NCBI GenBank assembly: GCA_044229845.1
Contig: JBGASG010000003.1
Location: 1-64,000 of the forward strand
Direction: 5' to 3'
From: Candidatus Obscuribacteraceae bacterium
Lineage (GTDB): Bacteria; Cyanobacteriota; Vampirovibrionia; Obscuribacterales; Obscuribacteraceae
DNA length: 64,000 nucleotides
Shown: one piece after another, positions 28,332 through 38,896 of the stretch
Layout: each line of letters begins with the position of its first letter
Numbering within the stretch: position 1 is the stretch's first letter
The notes under the pieces: model-generated
Told to the model about the DNA's origin: nothing
The model's input: the letters and a program-made list of their open reading frames with translations, nothing else
Database searches by the model: none
Translations under genes and position numbers: made by a program

Positions 28332-28404
28332 TTTGACGGATACCTTGGTATAAAATCTCCGTGCTTCCGAAATAATCGGGCCTGTTTTCCGGGAGAATCC
28401 CGAA

Positions 28405-28887
28405 ATGAGTACGCAAACCATCCTCGAAAAGCTGCTCAAAGAGGCAGAAGAAGGCGGAGACGCTCGCGAGCATGTCGTTGAGGCCGCCTCCTACGCGGTG
28501 CAGAACGTGGAAGATAAGTTCAACCAGCAGTTCGACCAGGTAGTTGCCGAAATTTCATCCCGGTCAGGAAAACCATCATTCGGCGATGGCGCGGGAGTCG
28601 ATGGAGTTTCCAAAGTGCCTCCGCCCTCCTGGTTGACCCCGAAGTCCACCATGCAGCACAAGATTCTCAAAACGACTTTCTGGAAGGAAGGCGGCAATAT
28701 CACTTATGTCCAGTTCCGCTATGAAATGGACAGGAAGCAGCGTCCCACCACCTATGAGATCTTGCTTGGCGCCCGCCGAACGGTAGTCCGCGAGAAGCCG
28801 ACCCTGGAAGTTGCCAGACACCACGATGGCCCTTCAGGACTGAGAGCCTTCTGGACCTTCTTTGTATCTCTATTTAAGTTCAGCTGA
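28405..28887 (+). CDS. Hypothetical protein
   Basis: GGAG RBS, ATG start, 160 aa with a hydrophobic C-terminus. Confidence 0.6.
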   Translation: MSTQTILEKLLKEAEEGGDAREHVVEAASYAVQNVEDKFNQQFDQVVAEISSRSGKPSFGDGAGVDGVSKVPPPSWLTPKSTMQHKILKTTFWKEGGNITYVQFRYEMDRKQRPTTYEILLGARRTVVREKPTLEVARHHDGPSGLRAFWTFFVSLFKFS

Positions 28888-29060
28888 TCGAAGACAGTGC
28901 TTAGGGATTTTTGTGAGCGATAGTTAGTCTGGGCGGCAGCCCACCGGCCGGGTTCGTATTGGTTTTCCCCGAAAGAATGTCTGGGTTCCTGTTTCTCGAA
29001 TATTGCTAGAGTGATTTCGAGGACATCGGCTCCACTCGGAACTCTATCGGGAACTCATCC

Positions 29061-29495
29061 GTGATTCTGATCGTTGAGGACAATCCTACACAGCAAAAGG
29101 TTTTAGCGTATCTCGCCCAGCATCACGGGCTGGACGTCCGTATTGTCTCCACCGGTAGAGAAGCTCTGTCCGAGCTACAAAAGCCCAATCAGTATGAGCT
29201 TTTGCTGATGGACTGGAATCTTCCTGACATGACCGGGCTGGAATGCACGGCCGCTATCCGTAATCGCGAAAAAGAAGGCGAACACCTGCCGATCGTCGCC
29301 ATGACCGGGCACGTGCTGGATGGCGACCGGGAAAAGTGCCTGATGGCAGGCATGGACGACTATCTCAGCAAGCCATTCACAGCCGGCGACCTGCGTGTGT
29401 TGCTGGATCGCTGGCTGCCTGCCGGCAGTGAAGAAAACTTTTCCTTCGGCCCCGGACTGCCAGGCGGAGAGAGCCACCCGGCTTCACATCAATAA
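29061..29495 (+). CDS. Single-domain response regulator (CheY-like receiver)
   Basis: ILIVEDN, LLMDWNLPDMTG, PIVAMT, GMDDYLSKP. Confidence 0.92.
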   Translation: MILIVEDNPTQQKVLAYLAQHHGLDVRIVSTGREALSELQKPNQYELLLMDWNLPDMTGLECTAAIRNREKEGEHLPIVAMTGHVLDGDREKCLMAGMDDYLSKPFTAGDLRVLLDRWLPAGSEENFSFGPGLPGGESHPASHQ

Positions 29496-29704
29496 GTTTC
29501 ACGACTTTGTCACGAGTGGCGGCTATCTTATTAGCACCATCCCCAAAGCCAACCTGAAAACACACTCTGAAGTTCCTTGCAGCTAGCGGGCAAGTTTCTT
29601 TGAGTGTTTTTCAGCTTTTTGTCTATGCAGACGGGTGCTCAGCATGAGCACCGCATCCGCACCGCAGGCGGTGCGGACTGCTCGAGGCGCGGTGCCCCGG
29701 TATG

Positions 29705-30094
29705 TCAGGCGCGCTCCTCGCGCACAGCGGCGCTGCTGGTGCACATGCCGATCACCAGCATGACCAGTCCACCGAGTATGGCTGGCACCCAGCCTGTCAC
29801 GGTCAGATAGTTAGGCATCGCGTCCGATAACAGAATCAATGCCACTGCCGGCAACAGCCAGCTGCCCAGAATCCAGGCGGGAATCAGCCAGAGCAACGCG
29901 GCGCCCAGAGTGCCGACGGTCAGCACCGCCGACAGTGCCACCGCGGCCAGGTCGACCAACCAGAGCATAACCGCGAAGGCAATTGCCAAGCACAACGCGG
30001 CGACGAAATTCCCATGAAAGTCGATGCCGTGAATCATCGGCAAGACGAAAGTAAAAGCTGCTGCAGTCAGCAATATTCTGATAATCATCCGCAT
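29705..30094 (-). CDS. 4-TM membrane protein, phage holin family 4 / YvlD-like
   Basis: Highly hydrophobic; PMIHGIDF, LTVGTLG, VTGWVPAILGG. Confidence 0.7.
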   Translation of the reverse strand: MRMIIRILLTAAAFTFVLPMIHGIDFHGNFVAALCLAIAFAVMLWLVDLAAVALSAVLTVGTLGAALLWLIPAWILGSWLLPAVALILLSDAMPNYLTVTGWVPAILGGLVMLVIGMCTSSAAVREERA

Positions 30095-30244
30095 TTTCGT
30101 TTTAGACCTCATCCGTGTTGGCCAGCTAGGACGGAGTTTCGAGGAAAATGTTGCGGTTCTTGAATATTGCCAGGTCGACAAAACTGCGTGAATGGTCAAA
30201 AATTGGGCACTATGAGTTTAGAGTAGTCACTTCCTAAGGTCCTA

Positions 30245-33200
30245 GTGCTAAACGTATTTGACGGGCAGATAACACAAACGGACGGATTGCGCGATGCGCT
30301 CGAAGGCATTCTCAGTGCCAAATCCGTCCAGAACGGCGTTTTACGGATTCAAAGTGATCTGGTAAGCGGCCGGGTAGGCATCTTTTGCGCCCGTTTCATC
30401 ACCGGCGCTCAAGTTGACTCAACCGGCGAATCCGGTGGATTGGCACTGCGACGTTTACTCTCCGCGCGCAGCGGCAGTTTTTCATTTGAAGACGCCCGCG
30501 GCTCTGACATTTCAGACCTCAAGCAATCGCTCTCGATAGACGTCGAAATCTTGCTTGAGAACATCACTGAGCTGCTGGCCGGCAAATCCGTAACTTTATC
30601 GGACGGGTCGATGTTCGGATTCGCTATGCCGGTCAACCGCATCAAAAAACCCAGCGGCGAAGACGCACCACCCACACATTCATCGCCGGCTCCGGTCACC
30701 GCCGCCGCTCCGGCTCAACCAGCCGCCCCCTCCACGCCAAGCGGATTGTCCGCTCAGTGGAAGCTTCTGGCGGGTGCCCGCGACGCTCAACCGCCAGCAC
30801 CCGGCGACTCGAACGGCGAAGCCCCGAAAGAAGCCGGCATGGCCGAAACAGGCGATTTCCAGGCGATCACTCCGTCCTCCGCTGCGGCAGCGGCTTCCAA
30901 AATGAACACCGCGCCCGCGCCAGCCGCTGCACCGGCCGCCCCATCTGCACCCGCAGCCCCGTCTGCGCCGAGGCCGACACTTGGTGAAGAAATCGCCCCT
31001 TCCGAGAATACTTTCGAATACGGCACGCTCGGTACTGACGAGCGGCAGGCACTTGAGATCACCGGCGAGTTTGGTACTTACGGCTCGGACGGACATCTGC
31101 ATCCGAAAGACCAGGGCGACCTGCGTGCACAAATGCAGACAAGCTCCCCCGTCAAACCCAGTATTCCGCAACCGAAGCCTATAGCGGCCGCAGAGGCGCC
31201 GGCATCGGTTGCGCCGGCGGTTGCTCCGGCACCGATTTCTCCGGCACCGGCACCGATTGCTCCGGCACCGACTGCTCCGGCGGTTCCACCGCCCAATCCA
31301 GCTCCCATAGCTGCCGCGCCAGCTCCGGCACCGATCGCTGTCCCGGCTCCCAAATTGCCGCCGGCAGCCAGCGCTGCCACCCCAGCGGACTCGATACCTT
31401 CCCCGGATCTGTCCACTCCGGCACCGCTGTCTAAAGACTTCGCCTCAGCAGCTGCCGCCAGCGCCGCTGCCGCCAGCGCCGCTGCCGCCACCGCTCCAGC
31501 AGCAGCCCCGCCGCCTGCACTGCACGCGCAGGCTTTTGGCGCTCCGGTGGACCTGAGTTTGCCAACCGGCGGACCACAGGCCGGATTGATCAAACCAGCC
31601 AAAAATGAGCTGGAAGACTTTGTTTCGGAAATGCAGGCATTCAACAATAATCGAGCGGAGGCTGAAGCCAAGCCAATTTCGGGCTCGGCTGCCCAAGGCT
31701 CGAATGAGCTGGACAGCTTCGTCAATGAACTGCGCGCCCATTCCAGCAAGTCGCCCGCGGGCGCTGCCAAAAATGAGCTGGATGATTTCATGGCCGAAAT
31801 GCAGGGCGCCTCAGCCGCCCCAGCTTCCGGCGGTCCAGTCGGCTTGATCAAACCAGCCAAGAACGAGCTGGAAGACTTTGCCGCCGAACTGCGGGCGGCT
31901 TCTCAGCAACCGCAGCAACCCGCGCTCAATCCTTTTAACGACGAAGAAATCGTACCGGAGTCCGGATCCTTCGGAATTGGTGACCTTTTTGCCACCAAGC
32001 CCGCCAAAAAAGAACCGGAACCACCTCCGCCCGCTCCCGTTCAGAAAAACTCGGGAACCGAATACACGATGGCCGATCTGTTTTCTTCTAAGGGAGCCTC
32101 CGCCGGCGCCAAGCCAGCCGCACCGGCCGCCGCAGATTTTGCCAATCCCACACCGGCACCAGCACCGGCACCAGCACCAGCACCAAATCCAACACCGGCT
32201 CCGACACCACTCAAGCCGACCCTCGGGGCACTGCCACCGGCCGCGGTGCAAAATTCACAACCAGCCCAGTCGCCGGCAGCCTCCGCATTTGCTTCGGAAG
32301 CCGCCAAATTCTCCGATGCATTCTCCGAAAAATCCTCTGCTATGGGCGATGAAATCGTCGGCAAAGCGCCTAACATGGCCGACGCATTTGCCGCCGGTAG
32401 TCCTGCGCCATCCGCCGCCGATGCGTTCAATGCTTCATCTGATGCATTCAATGCACCCTCGCCGCGCCTGGGCAGCGAATCTATTAGACCATCAGCCTCA
32501 CTGGGTTCGCCTCCGGCATCGATTTTGAATGAACCTTCTCTGGGCGACGACAACTCCGGTGCTGGCGCTGACAGCGAGCGCCCCTCCGCTTTCGGCTCAC
32601 CGGAAAACACTCGCGCAGCCAACACACTGCCACCAGTGCGCAACACCAATTCGATGCCGTTGACTGGAGCCGCTGCCGGACTGCCTTCACAGCGCCAGGA
32701 CAAAACAACCGGAGCGGTCTCGGGACTACCCTCACAAACATCGAAACCGACATCCGATTATCAGCTGCCATCACAAAAAGGCCCGACGCAAAATCAGAAG
32801 GGCTCAGGACAGACCATGAAGTCCGCCCTCAATTCGCTACCTTCGATGAACCGAGACGACATGGATGTACAGCCCGCCAAGCCAGATCCCGACTGGCCGG
32901 ACGATTTTCCGAATCCGGAAAAGATGCGGCGCACGAGCGATGTGTCCAAGCCCTCGCAAGAGCAGCAGCGTCAGCCAGAAGCTGTACCGTCCTGGGACGA
33001 TCCGGCATTCGATCCCGAAGAATTAATGAAACGCCGCCGCGAACGGCGGGGCGGGCTGCAAGAGCCGGACGGCGATCCCTTCGATCGCATCGCCGCTTCC
33101 CGAGCCTCCGAAGCCGCACAATCGGGCGGCAAATTGCGCGCCATCGTCGAAGAAGGGGCGGCTCAGTCCGCTTTCGCCCCCATGGCGCACCCGAATTCCA

Positions 33201-33481
33201 TGGTCAAACCCGCTGTACAGCACGGTCCCAAGCCTGGTTTCAGAAAATTAAATCAATGGAACACCAGCGGAATGTTTGCTGTTAAAATCGTGGCGGTTCT
33301 GTTGGTTCTTGGCGCTGGTGCCGCGTTCTGGCACTTCTACGGCGAAGTCGTAGTGACAGCATTCCAGAAGATGTTTGCGCCACCACCGCCGCCACCACCC
33401 GAGAAACCACCCGTGGTGACTAAACCGAAAACCGACACGCCGAGCAAGAAAAAACCAAAACGCAGGCGGAGAAGACATTAG
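30245..33481 (+). CDS. DUF4388-like N-terminal domain, long Pro/Ala-rich disordered linker, C-terminal TM helix and basic tail
   Basis: GVLRIQS...GRVGI...ITGA...ALRRLL...GSFSF at the N-terminus; TM segment IVAVLLVLGAGAAFWHFY. Confidence 0.7.
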   Translation: MLNVFDGQITQTDGLRDALEGILSAKSVQNGVLRIQSDLVSGRVGIFCARFITGAQVDSTGESGGLALRRLLSARSGSFSFEDARGSDISDLKQSLSIDVEILLENITELLAGKSVTLSDGSMFGFAMPVNRIKKPSGEDAPPTHSSPAPVTAAAPAQPAAPSTPSGLSAQWKLLAGARDAQPPAPGDSNGEAPKEAGMAETGDFQAITPSSAAAAASKMNTAPAPAAAPAAPSAPAAPSAPRPTLGEEIAPSENTFEYGTLGTDERQALEITGEFGTYGSDGHLHPKDQGDLRAQMQTSSPVKPSIPQPKPIAAAEAPASVAPAVAPAPISPAPAPIAPAPTAPAVPPPNPAPIAAAPAPAPIAVPAPKLPPAASAATPADSIPSPDLSTPAPLSKDFASAAAASAAAASAAAATAPAAAPPPALHAQAFGAPVDLSLPTGGPQAGLIKPAKNELEDFVSEMQAFNNNRAEAEAKPISGSAAQGSNELDSFVNELRAHSSKSPAGAAKNELDDFMAEMQGASAAPASGGPVGLIKPAKNELEDFAAELRAASQQPQQPALNPFNDEEIVPESGSFGIGDLFATKPAKKEPEPPPPAPVQKNSGTEYTMADLFSSKGASAGAKPAAPAAADFANPTPAPAPAPAPAPNPTPAPTPLKPTLGALPPAAVQNSQPAQSPAASAFASEAAKFSDAFSEKSSAMGDEIVGKAPNMADAFAAGSPAPSAADAFNASSDAFNAPSPRLGSESIRPSASLGSPPASILNEPSLGDDNSGAGADSERPSAFGSPENTRAANTLPPVRNTNSMPLTGAAAGLPSQRQDKTTGAVSGLPSQTSKPTSDYQLPSQKGPTQNQKGSGQTMKSALNSLPSMNRDDMDVQPAKPDPDWPDDFPNPEKMRRTSDVSKPSQEQQRQPEAVPSWDDPAFDPEELMKRRRERRGGLQEPDGDPFDRIAASRASEAAQSGGKLRAIVEEGAAQSAFAPMAHPNSMVKPAVQHGPKPGFRKLNQWNTSGMFAVKIVAVLLVLGAGAAFWHFYGEVVVTAFQKMFAPPPPPPPEKPPVVTKPKTDTPSKKKPKRRRRRH

Positions 33482-35924
33482 TAACTTCGAACAACTGGGC
33501 GTCTTTTACTTAGGGCGCCCCTTCGACCTCTCAAGCAAAAAACCGCTACCCTCTTATTACCTCTACGATTCGCGCGATCTGCTCACGCACGCGGTTGTAA
33601 TCGGGATGACCGGCAGCGGCAAAACCGGTCTTTGCCTCTCGCTTTTAGAAGAGGCAGCCATTGATGCGGTACCTGTGATCGCGATCGATCCCAAAGGCGA
33701 CATCGGCAACTTGCTCTTGACCTTTCCGTCGCTCTCAGCGCAAGCGCTCACACCCTGGGTCGATCCAGATCAGGCTCGGCGACTCAACTTGAGCAGTGAA
33801 CAGTTTGCTCAACAAGAAGCTGATCGCTGGCTGCACGGGCTGTCCGAATCCGATCAACCGATAGAGCGCATCGCCAAGCTCCGGCAATCCGCCCGTCTGT
33901 CTATTTATACACCCGGCAGCACCAGTGGCATTCCGCTATCGATGCTGAAGTCTTTTGGTCCACCTGCAGATCGCGATGATCCCGAAATACTGAAGGACAA
34001 ACTGCAAAATGCAGTCATGGCAATTCTGGCTATGGCCGGCATCAAAGCTGATCCGCTGCGCAGCCGCGAGTACATACTTCTGGCGTCTATACTGGAAGCT
34101 TTCTGGAGTGGCGGCGAAACGGTCAGTCTGGCATCTCTGGTGCAAGCGGTGCAAAAGCCGCCCGTTCAGCAGATCGGCGCCTTCGATCTGGAGTCTTTCT
34201 ACCCGGCGAAAGAACGCTTCGAGCTGGCTATGACACTGAATAATCTGGTGGCATCGCCGGGTTTTGAAGTCTGGACGCAAGGCGAACCTCTGAATATCGA
34301 CCGCCTGCTCTATACTCCTGCCGGGCAGCCGTGCGTGAGCATCATCTCCATCGCTCATCTCAACGATGCCGAACGCATGTTCGTGACGACACTGATCCTC
34401 AACGAGCTGGTTGCCTGGATGAGAGAGCAACGCGGCACCACAAGCTTGCGGGCCATTTTGTATATGGACGAGCTTTATGGGTATCTGCCGCCGGTTGAAA
34501 ATCCACCTTCGAAACGACCATTGTTGACGCTGCTCAAGCAAGCGCGTGCCTTCGGATTGGGAGTAGTACTCTCAACACAGAACCCCGTCGACCTCGACTA
34601 CAAGGCACTTTCCAACGCCGGCACCTGGTTTATCGGCAGACTGCAAACCGAACGAGACAAGAAACGATTGCTGGACGGACTCGAGGAAGCCACCACCGCA
34701 TCTGGTGCCTCATTGAACCGGGCGCAGACCGAAGAAATTTTGTCAAACCTGGGCAATCGCGTCTTCATGGTACACAACGTGCACGATGAGGGATCGCAGG
34801 TCTTCCAGTCTCGCTGGGCCATGAGTTATCTGCGCGGGCCTTTGACCCGCACCGAAATCAAGACTCTAATGAAAGACAGCGCGGCCGCCGCGACTGCCGC
34901 TACCGCCACCGCCAGTAACACCATTCCCGCTCCCACCGCCCGCACATCAGTTGCTGCACCCACCACTGCATCCGGTACCACACCGCCGGCGGTGCCGCCA
35001 CAAATCAGTCAGTACTTCCTGCTTTCAGGCGGCGCCGACCAGGAATTCATGCCGCAGCTGATTGCCACCGCTCGCGTGCAGTATTCCGACGTCAAAAGCA
35101 AACTGAACATGGCGGAAGATGTCACCGTCGTCGTGCCGTTCTCTACGACAGAAATGGTGCCACTGGAGTGGTCGGCTGCCGAACGCGCCAAGATCTCGCC
35201 GCCGGAGCTATCAACTAAACCAGCTGCCGGAGCCAGTTTCGCGCCACTACCCAGCGCCGCCGCCCAGCCCAAGAATTACACAAAGTGGAGCAAAGATTTT
35301 GTCGGCTGGCTGATGGAAAACTGTCAGCAAACCGTCTACAAACACGCACAGACAAAAATGATCTCGGACGAAGGCGAGACGGAAGCTGCGTTCAAAGTGC
35401 GGGTGCGCCAGCGCCTTCGTGAGTTGCGGGATAGCGCCGCCGATGACTTGCACCAGAGGTACTCGACGCGATTCGCTGCGTTGAAAGACCGCAAGCTGCG
35501 CGCGCAACAGGCTGTCGAGCGAGAAACATTGCAGGCTCAGCAGACCCAGTGGCAGTCGGCTGTCGACGTCGGAGCGGGCATTCTGGGCGCCTTTATGGGC
35601 AGCCGGCGGTCCGCCTCCTCCTCCATGCGGCGCGTCGCCGGTTCGGCAAACCGTGCGGTAAAGCAGCGGCAAGACGTGGAGCACGCACAAACGAATCTCG
35701 CATCAGTCGACCAACAAATTGCCGATCTGGAATTGCAGTTTCAAAACGAGATGTCCGAACTGGAAGCGCAGCATTCTGCCGATTCCACCGTAGAGTTCGT
35801 CGAGATTCGCCCCAAGAAAGCCGGCATCACCGTTCAGCTGGTGGCGCTGCTCTGGTTGCCTGAACACGGTCCCGCCAATGCTGAGCCAAACCCGTCGTTC
35901 GTTGCCAACAGTAGATCTCGTTAG
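33477..35924 (+). CDS. HerA/FtsK-like (DUF87/DUF853) P-loop ATPase with a C-terminal coiled coil; start probably ATT at 33477
   Basis: THAVVIGMTGSGKT (Walker A), IDPKGD, YMDE (Walker B), LLKQARAFG, TQNPVDLDYK. The frame is open upstream of the ATG at 33606 and encodes FEQLGVFYLGR. Confidence 0.85.
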   Translation: MSNFEQLGVFYLGRPFDLSSKKPLPSYYLYDSRDLLTHAVVIGMTGSGKTGLCLSLLEEAAIDAVPVIAIDPKGDIGNLLLTFPSLSAQALTPWVDPDQARRLNLSSEQFAQQEADRWLHGLSESDQPIERIAKLRQSARLSIYTPGSTSGIPLSMLKSFGPPADRDDPEILKDKLQNAVMAILAMAGIKADPLRSREYILLASILEAFWSGGETVSLASLVQAVQKPPVQQIGAFDLESFYPAKERFELAMTLNNLVASPGFEVWTQGEPLNIDRLLYTPAGQPCVSIISIAHLNDAERMFVTTLILNELVAWMREQRGTTSLRAILYMDELYGYLPPVENPPSKRPLLTLLKQARAFGLGVVLSTQNPVDLDYKALSNAGTWFIGRLQTERDKKRLLDGLEEATTASGASLNRAQTEEILSNLGNRVFMVHNVHDEGSQVFQSRWAMSYLRGPLTRTEIKTLMKDSAAAATAATATASNTIPAPTARTSVAAPTTASGTTPPAVPPQISQYFLLSGGADQEFMPQLIATARVQYSDVKSKLNMAEDVTVVVPFSTTEMVPLEWSAAERAKISPPELSTKPAAGASFAPLPSAAAQPKNYTKWSKDFVGWLMENCQQTVYKHAQTKMISDEGETEAAFKVRVRQRLRELRDSAADDLHQRYSTRFAALKDRKLRAQQAVERETLQAQQTQWQSAVDVGAGILGAFMGSRRSASSSMRRVAGSANRAVKQRQDVEHAQTNLASVDQQIADLELQFQNEMSELEAQHSADSTVEFVEIRPKKAGITVQLVALLWLPEHGPANAEPNPSFVANSRSR

Positions 35925-36041
35925 CAAATCGATTGAACTACTCTTAAAAGAGGTATCTTGGTAGAAGAGAGGCTGTGCCCTCAGCCCAGGTACCCAGATC
36001 GGCGCCAGTCGACGACAACAAACGTATTTCACGGAACACAG

Positions 36042-37259
36042 ATGCAAAGGCCACAAGAACACGTACAACGCGGACGAAACCGCCTGCCCACGCTGGAAAG
36101 AACTCCCGAGATCGGTCACCTGCGCGAGTTGCTCGGGGAAGCACAGCGGTTGCGCGGCTGTTTGTGGGAGTTGCCGATCCGCAAGCTGGACTCCATGAAG
36201 ACTTTCGTCCTCACATGTCAGTTCGACATGAATGTCGCCGAGCCGGTCTGGGCGCTCTACGAAGGCGAAGACGGCGCCTCCACCGTCTGGAGCTACCCGA
36301 ACAGCAATGTGGAACTGGTGTTCGACATGGTCGCCATGTCAGTGGGTGGTGAGAAGACTGCCATTCCCAGCCAGCTGTCGCCCGCTGCACCGCAACCACA
36401 ACAGCAACCACAACAGCAACCACCACAGCAACCACCACAGCAACCACCACAACCGGGCTACGCCGGCGGCTATCCCCCACAGGGACAGCCGGGATACGGA
36501 CCGCAAGGATACGTGCCGCCGCAAGGCTATCCGCAACAACCGGGATACCCGCAACAGGGCTACCCGCAGCCGGGTTATCCTCAGTACCCGCCTCAAGGCT
36601 ATCCACAAACTCAAAACACCGGTCAATACCCGGCTTTCAATCCCCCGACCGCCACCGGCCAATATCCGCCTTTCAATCCGGCGCCGTCGACCGCCACCGG
36701 CCAATATCCGCCCTACAATCCCGGACCTTACGGCCCGCCGCAGGGCTATCCCCCGCCTAATGTGCAACCGCCGGGACCGGCAGCCCCTTTCGCCGACTTG
36801 ATTTCGAAGAGTCCTAAAACCATGCTCGGCAACATGTTCGTGGAAGCGGGCATTCTGCCGGAACCTGCACTGGAAGCCGCTCTTAAATTGCAAGAGCTGA
36901 TGCGCCAGGGCCTCTTGACTGACGATGGTGCCATCGAGGCGCTGAAGTACGCAGCCAATCACGATGGGCAACTGGAAGAGTCGCTGGAGAAAAAATACTG
37001 GGCTGTTAAACAAAAGCCCAAGATTGGACAGGCTCCGCAGCAAAACGTCCGCCGCAAACACGGCGGCGATGTGGCTAATATTCTGGTCTCAGCAGGTAAA
37101 ATATTGCCGGAGTCTTTAAAGGCTGCCACGCGGCTCGTAGACCTTATCATCTACGGTCGTATCCGGCAGGACGTAGCGCTGTCCATTATTCAGCGCTGCC
37201 AGAAACAGAACTGCGACATAGAGACGGCTTGCAGAGACATGAAGATTCAGCTGAGCTGA
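36042..37259 (+). CDS. Hypothetical protein with a P/Q/G/Y-rich linker and C-terminal MshEN-like helical repeats
   Basis: [24 protein letters not shown] resembles RLGxxLxxxGxIxxxxLxxALxxQ. Start uncertain. Confidence 0.65.
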   Translation: MQRPQEHVQRGRNRLPTLERTPEIGHLRELLGEAQRLRGCLWELPIRKLDSMKTFVLTCQFDMNVAEPVWALYEGEDGASTVWSYPNSNVELVFDMVAMSVGGEKTAIPSQLSPAAPQPQQQPQQQPPQQPPQQPPQPGYAGGYPPQGQPGYGPQGYVPPQGYPQQPGYPQQGYPQPGYPQYPPQGYPQTQNTGQYPAFNPPTATGQYPPFNPAPSTATGQYPPYNPGPYGPPQGYPPPNVQPPGPAAPFADLISKSPKTMLGNMFVEAGILPEPALEAALKLQELMRQGLLTDDGAIEALKYAANHDGQLEESLEKKYWAVKQKPKIGQAPQQNVRRKHGGDVANILVSAGKILPESLKAATRLVDLIIYGRIRQDVALSIIQRCQKQNCDIETACRDMKIQLS

Positions 37260-37272
37260 GCTTGTCTACTCT

Positions 37273-37297
37273 CACCGTCGTGATATCACCGGCGGTG
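37273..37297. repeat. Solo GTGATATCAC core within a hairpin
   Basis: CACCGTC-GTGATATCAC-CGGCGGTG in the 47-bp intergenic gap. Confidence 0.5.
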
Positions 37298-37306
37298 CTA
37301 ATTCTC

Positions 37307-38896
37307 ATGAACATCTGGATTTCTTTGAGCAAAGCTCTTTCGCTCTGGCCCAATAACGATGCCATCGTGGATGGTGACAAGAGTTTCACCTACCGGCAGT
37401 TCGGCGAGCGAGTGGGCGCCTTGTCCAGCTGGCTGGAGAAAGCCGGCATCAAGCGCGGCGACGTGGTGGCGATCGCAGCGCCCAATTGCCACCAGTACAT
37501 GGAAATCTATTACGCCTGCGGCATCAGAGGTATTGTTCTCACACCGCTGAACTTTCGCCTCTCGCACGCAGAATTGGTGGCAATACTGCAAAACGCCGAA
37601 GCCAAACTGATCTTCATGCACCAGGACTTTGTCGAGTGTGCCGAAGCTCTGGCCAAGGGCTGCCCACAGCTGAAGCAATTTGTCTGGATCGATGAAGCCG
37701 ACGTATTGCAAGAGCCGGAGACCCGCGTCAATCACATCTACGAAGACTGCATTGCCGCCGAGTATGGTGCCGCACCGCAACCGGTTGATTTGCAGGCTGA
37801 CGAACTGGCGCACCTCTATTACACAAGCGGCACCACCGGTCAACCGAAAGGCGTCATGCTGACGCAGGGTAATGTCACGTTCAACGCACTGGGAGCCATC
37901 GCTGAACTGGTTTTCCGCGAAACCGACACCTGGTTGCACGCGGCTCCCATGTTCCACCTCGCCGATGCCTGGTCGGTGTTTGCCATCACCTGGGTGGGTG
38001 GCAAACACGTCTTCCAGCCTTACTTCCGTGCGGCCAATGCGTTGGCGGCTGTAGAGAAACACAAAGTGACGATGAGCGTTCTGGTGCCGACCATGCTCAA
38101 TGCCATGCTGAACGAACCGACCGTAGGCGAGTACGATTACTCTTCATTGCGCGTCGTCATCACAGGCGGCAGCCCGATTGCACCGGAAACGGTGAAACGC
38201 GTCAGCAGCATGTTCGGCTGCCAGTACATTCAGTTATATGGCATGACCGAAACCAGCCCGTGGTTGACTATCGGCGCACCGCTCAAGTGTCACGACAACC
38301 TCTCTGAAGAAGATGAGCTGCAGTTGCGCAGCCGCACCGGACGTCCTTACATCGGGGCGGAAGTAAAAGTCGTACGCGGCAACGGCGAGGAAGTCGAAAA
38401 GAACAATCTGGAGGTCGGCGAGATCATTGCCCGGGGACCGACCATCACCTCGGGCTACTGGAAAAATCCGGAAGCTACCGCTCAAACCATTCGCGACGGC
38501 TGGATCCACACCGGCGATCTGGCGGTCATAGATAAAGACGGATTCATCAACATCGTCGATCGCGCCAAAGACATGATCATCACAGGTGGAGAAAACGTCT
38601 ATTCGACCGAGGTTGAGTACGCATTAATGGAACACCCGGCTGTCGCCGAGTGCGCCGTTTTCGGCATTCCGGATGAACGCTGGGGCGAAGTAGTGCACGC
38701 CGTGGTCGTGTTGCGCAGCGCACAAAACGCCGAAGAAACGGACTTGATCGACTTTGTCAAAGGACGACTGGCCGGCTATAAAGCTCCGCGGCAGGTGAGC
38801 ATCGTCAAAGAATTGCCCAAGACGGGAAGCGGCAAGATATATAAGAAAGGACTGCGAGAAGAGTTCTGGAAAGAACGAGAACGCCAGGTTAATTAG
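37307..38896 (+). CDS. Long-chain fatty-acid--CoA ligase (AMP-binding enzyme)
   Basis: YTSGTTGQPKG, YGMTET, GWIHTGD, DRAKDMIITGGENVY, PKTGSGKI. Confidence 0.93.
   Translation: MNIWISLSKALSLWPNNDAIVDGDKSFTYRQFGERVGALSSWLEKAGIKRGDVVAIAAPNCHQYMEIYYACGIRGIVLTPLNFRLSHAELVAILQNAEAKLIFMHQDFVECAEALAKGCPQLKQFVWIDEADVLQEPETRVNHIYEDCIAAEYGAAPQPVDLQADELAHLYYTSGTTGQPKGVMLTQGNVTFNALGAIAELVFRETDTWLHAAPMFHLADAWSVFAITWVGGKHVFQPYFRAANALAAVEKHKVTMSVLVPTMLNAMLNEPTVGEYDYSSLRVVITGGSPIAPETVKRVSSMFGCQYIQLYGMTETSPWLTIGAPLKCHDNLSEEDELQLRSRTGRPYIGAEVKVVRGNGEEVEKNNLEVGEIIARGPTITSGYWKNPEATAQTIRDGWIHTGDLAVIDKDGFINIVDRAKDMIITGGENVYSTEVEYALMEHPAVAECAVFGIPDERWGEVVHAVVVLRSAQNAEETDLIDFVKGRLAGYKAPRQVSIVKELPKTGSGKIYKKGLREEFWKERERQVN

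Noticed and set aside
29705..30094. Prophage, suggested by a holin-family gene
   Set aside because: This 4-TM family is commonly chromosomal, and no phage structural, integrase or lysin genes are adjacent.
33477..35924. HerA-based anti-phage defence system
   Set aside because: No SIR2, DUF4297, NurA or other nuclease partner is adjacent.
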